DNA from: Elusimicrobiota bacterium
Lineage (GTDB): Bacteria > Elusimicrobiota > Elusimicrobia > Elusimicrobiales > UBA9959
Assembly: GCA_027340875.1 (NCBI GenBank)
Contig: DAIENX010000002.1
Location: forward strand, 25,429 to 89,428
DNA length: 64,000 nucleotides
Direction: 5' to 3'
Position numbers and translations under genes: made by a program. Under the pieces are notes generated by a model that saw only the letters and a list, made by a program, of their open reading frames with translations, was not told where the DNA came from and ran no database searches. Positions 7,952-14,505 of the stretch are shown piece after piece. Position 1 is the stretch's first letter. Each line of letters opens with the position of its first letter.

Positions 7952-8994
7952 GCGGCCTCCTTTACCAGTGCTGTAAGCGTTTCCTTGAGCCGGATGCCCG
8001 CCATGCAGGTCCGGGTGCACCTGCCGCAGCCGGTGCAGAAGAAGCGGTAGTACTTGCCGAGCGAGAAGCGGAACTTGCGGTAATGGCGGTGCCGCAGGCG
8101 CTCGGCCTGGCCGCTGCGGAAATTCTCGCCGCCGGCCACCTTGGCGAAGGTCTCGACCTCGCAGGAATCCCAGGTCCGGACGCGCTTGCCGCTCTTCAGG
8201 TCCAGGTTCAGCGTGTCGGCTATGTCGAAGCAGTAGCAGGTGGGGCAGACGTTGGTGCAGTTGCCGCAGCCCAGGCATTTGTCCCCGATGGCCTTCCAGA
8301 CCGGGCTGTTCTCGCTCTTGTCGAAGATGGCCGGGAGCTTCTTGCGGTCGACGTTCACCTCGTCCTTGAAGCGGGAGCGCTTGGCGTCCCTGATGGCGTA
8401 GAGCGCCTCCATCTGGGCCTGCGTGGCGGGCTTGAACAGGTTGCTGCTGTCCACCAGGTCGTCGCCGGCCTGGGTGTTCACGTGCGCCATGAAGACCTCT
8501 CCCATGTCGGTGAAGAACAGGTCGTAGCCGCCGTTGGGGAAGTTCGAGTTCATCAGGTTGCAGCTGGCGTGCTCGTCGCAGTACTCGGTGCACTCCAGGC
8601 CGATGACGGTTATGTTGTCCTTGCGGCGCAGGTAGTTGTAGTCGCGCGGTCTTTCGGAGAAGACGATGTTCAGGCACTGGATGCCGTTCAGGTCGCAGGT
8701 GTGGACTCCGAAGATGACGGTGTTCTCGTGCTCGAGCAGGGCCTCGGCGTTCTCCACGTGGCCGGTGCTGAAGCTCAGCATCGTCTCCTTCTGCGGCAGG
8801 AAGTACTTCTTGGGGGGCAGTATCGTGGGTATGTGCTTGAGGGCTATGTCGTTAGCGGAGGTGACCTCCGTGAAGGCGTAGTTGCCGTAGCCCTTGCTGA
8901 CCGGCGCCACCACCTTGTGATTGCGCGAGAGCTTCACGATGAAGCTGTTAAGGTCGTCTTTTCTGAGGATGAAGTACCGCGTGTGCGTTCCCAT
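7948..8994 (-). CDS. hyhB: hydrogenase beta subunit, 4Fe-4S dicluster protein (AsrA-like)
   Basis: Start at MGTHTRYF (Met32 of ORF 7948..9087) with GGAGG 6 nt upstream. CLGCGNCTNVCPTCYC and CTGCGRCTRTC ferredoxin motifs. ATGA overlap with hyhG. Confidence 0.8.
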   Translation of the reverse strand: MGTHTRYFILRKDDLNSFIVKLSRNHKVVAPVSKGYGNYAFTEVTSANDIALKHIPTILPPKKYFLPQKETMLSFSTGHVENAEALLEHENTVIFGVHTCDLNGIQCLNIVFSERPRDYNYLRRKDNITVIGLECTEYCDEHASCNLMNSNFPNGGYDLFFTDMGEVFMAHVNTQAGDDLVDSSNLFKPATQAQMEALYAIRDAKRSRFKDEVNVDRKKLPAIFDKSENSPVWKAIGDKCLGCGNCTNVCPTCYCFDIADTLNLDLKSGKRVRTWDSCEVETFAKVAGGENFRSGQAERLRHRHYRKFRFSLGKYYRFFCTGCGRCTRTCMAGIRLKETLTALVKEAA

Positions 8995-9007
8995 AAGATG
9001 CCTCCGT

Positions 9008-9023
9008 GGCCGGGGCCCCGGCC
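9008..9023 (-). promoter_or_regulatory. perfect 16-bp GC palindrome in the hydrogenase operon leader
   Basis: GGCCGGGGCCCCGGCC reads identically on both strands. It lies 2 nt upstream (in operon orientation) of the hyhB SD. Confidence 0.3.
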
Positions 9024-9273
9024 TGGGACTTTCCGTCGGAAAATCCTCTATATTTATTGTGCAACATGGGGGGGCCGCTGTAAACAAGAACGGTCAACAG
9101 CGGGATTGAATTTAGTCAGGTCCCGGGGGGGAGTATGGTCAAGCCGCGCCCTGCCTTCGCCTGGCGCGCTGACGGCAAGGATATCCGCTTTCGGTCCCCC
9201 CGGTCCGGTCCCCAGATAACTGGATTTGTACGATATTTGGCCTGCCCGGGCAAGTAGCCTGTCGCGGTTATTC

Positions 9274-9279
9274 TATAAT
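9274..9279 (+). promoter_or_regulatory. candidate -10 box (TATAAT) for tlyA, 8 nt before the ATG
   Basis: Exact TATAAT. No clear SD between it and ATG 9288, so the mRNA is possibly leaderless. Confidence 0.35.
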
Positions 9280-9287
9280 AGTCAGGT

Positions 9288-10019
9288 ATGAAGAAGCGCT
9301 TGGACGTCGCGTGCGTGGAACTGGGGCTTTTCGAAAGCCGCGAGAAGGCCCTGCGCGCCATAATGGCGGGGCTGGTCATCGTCAACGGGAAGCCGGCCGA
9401 CAAGGCCGGCATGCCGGTGCGGGACGGGGACGTGCTGGACCTGGCCGCCCCCGGCTGCCCTTACGTCTCCCGCGGGGGGCTGAAGCTGAAAGGGGCATTG
9501 GAGGCCTTCGGGCTGGAGCCCGCGGGCAAGATCTGCCTGGACGTCGGCGTGGCTACCGGCGGTTTCACCGACTGCTTCCTGCAGGCCGGCGCTTCCAGGG
9601 TCTACGCCGTGGACGTAGGCGAGGGCCAGATCCACGAGAAGATAAAAGCCGACCCGCGCGTGGTCTTCATGCCGCGCACGAACGCGCGCTTCCTCAAGCC
9701 GGAGCTTTTCCCGGAGAGGCCGGAACTGTGCGCGATAGACGTCTCTTTCATCTCGCTGAAGCTTATCCTCGGGCCAGTTCTGTCGGTGATTGCTCCCGGA
9801 GGGAAGGTAATAGCCCTGGTCAAGCCGCAGTTCGAACTGCAGCCTTCTGACCTGCGCAAAGGCATCGTAAAGGACGAGGAGACAAGACTGGGCGTGATGG
9901 TCTCCATGAGGGCTTTCCTTGCGGGATCCCTGCCCGGCGCGCAAGAACTGGGCCTGAGGGATTCTCCTATAAAGGGCGCGAAGGGGAACCTCGAGTTCCT
10001 CTGGCTGCTGGGTGTTTAA
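9288..10019 (+). CDS. tlyA: TlyA-family rRNA 2'-O-methyltransferase (hemolysin A-like)
   Basis: 243 aa. N-terminal S4-like RLDVACVELGLFESREKA, YVSRGGLKL, the SAM motif CLDVGVATGGFTDC and a VDVSFISL motif. Confidence 0.85.
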   Translation: MKKRLDVACVELGLFESREKALRAIMAGLVIVNGKPADKAGMPVRDGDVLDLAAPGCPYVSRGGLKLKGALEAFGLEPAGKICLDVGVATGGFTDCFLQAGASRVYAVDVGEGQIHEKIKADPRVVFMPRTNARFLKPELFPERPELCAIDVSFISLKLILGPVLSVIAPGGKVIALVKPQFELQPSDLRKGIVKDEETRLGVMVSMRAFLAGSLPGAQELGLRDSPIKGAKGNLEFLWLLGV

Positions 10020-10035
10020 TAGCTTCCCCCCGGAG

Positions 10036-10075
10036 GAAAAAAGAAAGGGCCCCTTCCGGGGCCCTTTCTTTTTTT
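10036..10075. terminator. bidirectional rho-independent terminator between convergent tlyA and lipoprotein genes
   Basis: An 11-bp stem GAAAGGGCCCC / GGGGCCCTTTC with loop TTCC, flanked by an A-run upstream and a T-run downstream. Confidence 0.8.
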
Positions 10076-10087
10076 AGGCTGTACGGC

Positions 10088-10825
10088 TTAGTAGCACTGA
10101 CCCTGGTAGGTATAGATCTTCTCGGTCTCGACGGACTTGCCGGTGTAGCTGCCGAGCGTCTGATCGCCCTGCACGAACCCGGCGGCCAGGTCGCGCGTGG
10201 TGGTCTGGAAGTGGAAGGTCACGTTCTGGTGGCCCCACTGGGTGACCCACTGGGTGTAGCAGTTGGGGACGTGCGGAGGCTGGCCCTGGAAGTCGGGGGT
10301 GTGCACCGCGACCGGGTTGGGCACGGAAGGAGCCTGGCGGCTGCCGATCTCGTCCTGGCCGAGGCCGGCTTCCAGCGTCTTGGAGGCGGCGGTCTCATTG
10401 GACTTAAGGGCGCGGCAGATGGTCTCCGGGCGCTGGTAGGTGCAGGACTCCCAGCCGGACTGGTCGGCGGAGTTAGTGACGACGGTCTTCATCGTGCCCT
10501 TCAGGCCGAAGTTCTGGCCGATCTGGGCGGGGGTGAGGTCGAAGGTCTCGCCGATGTTGATGTTCTTGTCGAAGCTGATCTTGACCTTGGTGGGCTGGTC
10601 GGCGTTCTTGATCTCCAGCGTTATTTCCTTGTTGTTGCCGGACTTGCCGATGACGGCCTTGGTCTGGAACTGGCCGGGATTGATGGTCACGATCGCGCGG
10701 TTCTGGTTGGCGAAGGTCACAGGCGAAGTCAGGTCCAGCATACCGCCGAAGTTGATCTCGTTGCAGCCGACCAGGACGGCCATCATGGCGGCGATCCCGA
10801 GGCTGGATATTATCTTCTTGTTCAT
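10088..10825 (-). CDS. hypothetical lipoprotein
   Basis: 245 aa. Signal peptide with lipobox LVGC (MNKKIISSLGIAAMMAVLVGC) and SD AGGAGAG upstream. No family recognised. Lys/Asn/Thr/Gln-rich composition, unlike its neighbours. Confidence 0.7.
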   Translation of the reverse strand: MNKKIISSLGIAAMMAVLVGCNEINFGGMLDLTSPVTFANQNRAIVTINPGQFQTKAVIGKSGNNKEITLEIKNADQPTKVKISFDKNINIGETFDLTPAQIGQNFGLKGTMKTVVTNSADQSGWESCTYQRPETICRALKSNETAASKTLEAGLGQDEIGSRQAPSVPNPVAVHTPDFQGQPPHVPNCYTQWVTQWGHQNVTFHFQTTTRDLAAGFVQGDQTLGSYTGKSVETEKIYTYQGQCY

Positions 10826-10931
10826 CTTTTAACTCTCCTCATTGCTTACCGTATTCTGCTTCCCCTTAACCCGATCATCGATCACTGGGGTACCTTCCAT
10901 TAGACAAAATAGCGCGGACCCTGCATAGCGT

Positions 10932-10981
10932 CATAGGACCTATGCGCAAGTAGGTAAATGGTCCTATGCCGGGATAGGACC
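10932..10981. promoter_or_regulatory. cluster of ATAGGACC-type sites (one 13-bp palindrome plus two half-sites) in a divergent promoter region
   Basis: CATAGGACCTATG at 10932-10944, GGTCCTATG at 10960-10968 and ATAGGACC at 10974-10981. Confidence 0.35.
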
Positions 10982-11068
10982 TTCGGGCAAAGGTTCCCGG
11001 CGGCCGGCAACTATCCGAGCGCGGAGAAATAATAGTATCATGAGGCTCTAGGGCAGACCTTCATTAAT

Positions 11069-12235
11069 ATGGCGACGAAAAGACAAGGCCCCGCATGCGT
11101 GGTCTGGGAGCTGACGCTGGCCTGCAACCTCAAATGCCTGCATTGCGGCTCCACCGCGGGAGGGCGCCGCGAGGCCGAGCTTTCCACGGCCGAGGCGCTC
11201 GAGCTCTGTTCCGGCCTTAAGGAGGCCGGCTGCGGCGGCGTGGCCCTTATGGGCGGCGAGCCGCTGTTGAGGAAGGATTTCCCGGCCATCGCATCCAGGG
11301 TGAGGGAGCTGGGCATGGAGCTCTCCGTCATCACCAACGGCACGGTGCGGCCTGACGGGATATTTACCCTGCTGAAGAGCCTGGGCCCCAGGGCCGTGGC
11401 CATAAGCCTGGACGCGGCCGGCCCGGAGCTGCACGACCGGATACGCGGGGTCCCGGGCGCGTTCGCCAAGGCCTCTTCGTTCATCGAAGACGCGCTGAAA
11501 GCCGGCCTGCCGGTCAGCGTTATCACCACGGTGCATAAACTCAACATCTCCGAGCTTCCCGGGCTGCGCGATATAATAAAAGGAAGGGGGATAGCCTGGC
11601 AGGTGCAGACCGCCGGCGCGGAAGGCGGCCGTTTCTCGCGCGACCTGCTGCTGGACCAGGAGGAGTTCTATTCCGTCGGGATGTTCGTGGAATCCTGCCG
11701 CCGCGAATATTCCCCGGAGGAGCTCCCGGTCATAGGCGCCCATGACCTCGGCTACCATTCCCTGCTGCTGAAGAACGTCTCGCTCTACGAGAAATGGGAG
11801 GGCTGTCAGGCCGGCGTCTCGGTGGCCGGCATACGCAGCGACGGCGGCGTGCTCGGTTGCCTGGCGGTCAACGACGACCGCTTCGTGGAAGGCAGCGTGC
11901 GCAGGGAGCCGTTCCAGGCCATCTGGAGCCGGCCCGGCGCGTTCTCCTACGCGAGGGATTTTTCGCCCGGGAAGCTGGGGGAGAACTGTGCCGGCTGCGG
12001 TCACGCCGAGACCTGCCGCGGCGGCTGCAGCGAGATGTCGCTGATGAAGACGGGCCGTCCGCACAACGATCCCTATTGCTTCCGCGCCATAGAGGACAGG
12101 CTGTTCTTCAAAGGTCCCGGAGGGGCCGTCAGGAAGCTCGGCGCCTCTATCGCCGCCGGCCGCGGACGTGCGCCGTTCGGCCGGCTCGGCCGGATATTCT
12201 CGGGGAAAAGGGGGGAGGCCGGTGGAGACAGATAA
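11069..12235 (+). CDS. radical SAM protein with SPASM domain
   Basis: 388 aa. CNLKCLHC (CX3CX2C) at residues 19-26, GGEPLL, a twitch/SPASM region GCQAGVSVAGIRSDGGVLGC ... CAGCGHAETCRGGC. Confidence 0.8.
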   Translation: MATKRQGPACVVWELTLACNLKCLHCGSTAGGRREAELSTAEALELCSGLKEAGCGGVALMGGEPLLRKDFPAIASRVRELGMELSVITNGTVRPDGIFTLLKSLGPRAVAISLDAAGPELHDRIRGVPGAFAKASSFIEDALKAGLPVSVITTVHKLNISELPGLRDIIKGRGIAWQVQTAGAEGGRFSRDLLLDQEEFYSVGMFVESCRREYSPEELPVIGAHDLGYHSLLLKNVSLYEKWEGCQAGVSVAGIRSDGGVLGCLAVNDDRFVEGSVRREPFQAIWSRPGAFSYARDFSPGKLGENCAGCGHAETCRGGCSEMSLMKTGRPHNDPYCFRAIEDRLFFKGPGGAVRKLGASIAAGRGRAPFGRLGRIFSGKRGEAGGDR

Positions 12236-13202
12236 GGGCATACGCCTGAACCTGGGCTGCGGATATAACAGGCTCGAGGGCTGGCTTAACGCCGACGCCA
12301 GTCCGTACTCCGCGGCGGACCGCGTGATGGAGGCCCAGGACCTGGAGTTCGGGGCCTCGTCCGTGGAGGAGGTGAAGGCCCTGCAGCTCGTGGAGCATCT
12401 GGGCTTCTTCAGGACCAAGTATTTCCTGTCGGAATGCTGGCGGGTGCTGAAGCCCGGCGGCCGGCTGACGATAGAGACCCCGGACGTCGACGCGGCCTTC
12501 AGGGCCTATCTCGCGGGCGGTCACTCCGAGAAGGAGTCAGCGCTGGGCTGGATATTCGGTCCGGAGAGCCCGGGCATGCATCACCTCTACTGTTTCCCGC
12601 GGGAACTGCTGGCCGAGCTGCTCGCGGAGGCCGGCTTCTCCGTGGAAAAGCAGGAGGGCTTCCTGTTCCAGCCGTCCCGGCCGGCGCTGAGGTTCTCGGC
12701 CGTCAAGAAGGAAGGAGAGAAGGCTGCCCTTAATTCCGCCCTGCGCCGCCGCCTGCTGGACAGGGGGTTGGCCGCGTTCACGCGGGAGGAGGAGAGCGCG
12801 GGGCTGGAGCTGGCGGTGCGGAGGCTGGTGGCCGGCGGCGGGAATTCCGCGGCGGAGCTGGAGCAGGCCCTGATCAGCGCCCCGGCGGCCCTGGAGTATT
12901 TCGCGCTGGTGGAGGAGAACGAGCCGCGTCCGTCGCGCGAGGCGGCGGCCTGCGGCAGGCTGGCTTCCTGGTCGGCGCAGGGCAGGCTGGCGGCCGCGTT
13001 CCTGGAAGGGCTGCGCGGCGGGCTGGACGAGAACGCGGCGTTCTCGGCGGCGGAGTCGCTGGGCCGGCGCCTGCTCGCGGCCCCCCTGGAGGGCGGCGTC
13101 GAGCCGCCCGGGCCAAGGCCCCTGAACGGCGCCCCGGCGGCGTTCACTTTCGGCGCCGTTTCCGCCTGGGCTTTCCGCGAGAAGGCAGGCGGCAGGCGCT
13201 GA
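12222..13202 (+). CDS. class I SAM-dependent methyltransferase (Methyltransf_11-like) with an Ala-rich C-terminal extension
   Basis: GTG 12222 is preceded by GGGGAGG and overlaps the radical SAM gene by 14 nt. Motifs LNLGCGYNRLEGWLNAD, LQLVEHL and LKPGGRLTIETP. The C-terminal ~170 aa have no recognisable domain. Confidence 0.6.
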   Translation: METDKGIRLNLGCGYNRLEGWLNADASPYSAADRVMEAQDLEFGASSVEEVKALQLVEHLGFFRTKYFLSECWRVLKPGGRLTIETPDVDAAFRAYLAGGHSEKESALGWIFGPESPGMHHLYCFPRELLAELLAEAGFSVEKQEGFLFQPSRPALRFSAVKKEGEKAALNSALRRRLLDRGLAAFTREEESAGLELAVRRLVAGGGNSAAELEQALISAPAALEYFALVEENEPRPSREAAACGRLASWSAQGRLAAAFLEGLRGGLDENAAFSAAESLGRRLLAAPLEGGVEPPGPRPLNGAPAAFTFGAVSAWAFREKAGGRR

Positions 13203-13261
13203 GGCGGTTCCCCGCTGGAGAGAAAATTAATAGAATTCTGTCGTATCCTGGAGGTGGAGAG

Positions 13262-13576
13262 GTGAATATGAAGAAACTTTTAGAGCTGGGCGCGAAGACG
13301 GGCCTGACCAAGGCCGAAGTGAACCGTGTGGCGAGGTTCGGGCTGCTGGGCCTGCTGGCCGTGGGCCTGGCCGGCATAGCGGGCTGCTTCAGGGCTCAGA
13401 AAGCGGAGGCGCCGCAGAGCGCCGATAAACCGGGCACTCTGCAGGATATAGTCAGCTCGGTGAACAAGAGCACCGGCGCCGCGCAGGGCCAGGACAACTG
13501 CGGTCCTTACCCGGGCTACCCCTGCGGCACCCGGTATTACACGGTGAGCGTTTCGGATTTCCGGCGGTCAGCCTGA
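13262..13576 (+). CDS. small lipoprotein with Cys/Pro/Tyr-rich C-terminal tail (candidate modified peptide)
   Basis: 104 aa (GTG 13262; alternative ATG 13268). GGAGG at 13250-13254 and TAGAAT at 13231-13236 upstream. Hydrophobic segment ending in lipobox IAGC. C-terminus NCGPYPGYPCGTRYYTVSVSDF. Confidence 0.5.
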   Translation: MNMKKLLELGAKTGLTKAEVNRVARFGLLGLLAVGLAGIAGCFRAQKAEAPQSADKPGTLQDIVSSVNKSTGAAQGQDNCGPYPGYPCGTRYYTVSVSDFRRSA

Positions 13577-14505
13577 TGAGGGCCTGGCTGCTTTCCGTTC
13601 TTTTCCTGCTCCCGTCGGCGGCGGGCGCTTTCGACTGCCCGGCCGCCGGGGAGAAGCCGGAAGACTGCCCGTGGGCAGGGGTCGCCAGGCTGGCGGCCGG
13701 CGGAGCGGATATCGCGAAGACCCTCCGGGAGCATGCGCCGGGCCTGCTGGCCCAGGTGGACGCCGACAAGGCCAACGGCCGCCTGCTCGGTCTCTGGGGG
13801 GAGAGCATCAACTACGACGAGCTGGCCGAAGGCCAGATCGTAGACCCCGGCATACTTGCTTTCATAGCCGCGCGCCTGGGCGCCCCCGCGCCGGACGGCA
13901 GGATCATGCACGCCGGAGCGGAGCACACCTACGGCTATCTTTTCAGTCTCCTGCCGACGAAGTTCGGCTTTAAAAGGGCGCGCTGGGTCCGGCCTGACAT
14001 CGAGGACGGCCTGGGGCTGCCTCGCGGCACGGCGGGACCTTCTCCGTCGTCCGGCACGCTGCTCTCCAACGTGACCTGCATAGCCGGCGGCATAGCCCTC
14101 CGGGACGACCCGCGAGCCTTCGCCTCGCTCAGGGAGGCCGGCGCTTCCTGCGCCCCCGCGGCGCGGCGCTTCATCGAGGCCGGGGCCGGGCGCGTCAGGC
14201 TCACTGAGGACGTCGGTCTGCCAGGCGGCAGGACGGTCTCGCTGCGCACCGATTTCGTCCGTTTCGCGAAGAGCTCCGGCACCAACTCGCGCCTGCTGAT
14301 CTACTCCGTCAAGGATTCCGCCGCGGCCCATGCCTACCTGGTCACGGCCTTCCCCGTAAGCGAGGAATTCGAGGAGAAGGCCACCGCCCGTTCCGGCCTG
14401 GGGACCGATAAGCCGGTGCAGACCCGCTACAACGCCTTCGTCCGCGGCCTGACCGGCGCCGGCAGGTTCAAGGGCCGGCGAAGCGCGGCTAAACTGGAAA
14501 AATGA
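13576..14505 (+). CDS. secreted hypothetical protein
   Basis: 309 aa. Signal peptide MRAWLLSVLFLLPSAAGA. Its ATG overlaps the upstream TGA by 1 nt. No family recognised. Confidence 0.55.
   Translation: MRAWLLSVLFLLPSAAGAFDCPAAGEKPEDCPWAGVARLAAGGADIAKTLREHAPGLLAQVDADKANGRLLGLWGESINYDELAEGQIVDPGILAFIAARLGAPAPDGRIMHAGAEHTYGYLFSLLPTKFGFKRARWVRPDIEDGLGLPRGTAGPSPSSGTLLSNVTCIAGGIALRDDPRAFASLREAGASCAPAARRFIEAGAGRVRLTEDVGLPGGRTVSLRTDFVRFAKSSGTNSRLLIYSVKDSAAAHAYLVTAFPVSEEFEEKATARSGLGTDKPVQTRYNAFVRGLTGAGRFKGRRSAAKLEK

Noticed and set aside
9106-9119. FNR/CRP-like site TTGAATTTAGTCAG upstream of the hydrogenase operon
   Set aside because: Only the first half-site resembles TTGAT. The second half (GTCAG vs ATCAA) is poor, so this is too weak to call.
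11048-12418. 456-aa minus-strand ORF opposite the radical SAM gene
   Set aside because: No motifs. The plus strand has CX3CX2C and SPASM cysteine patterns.
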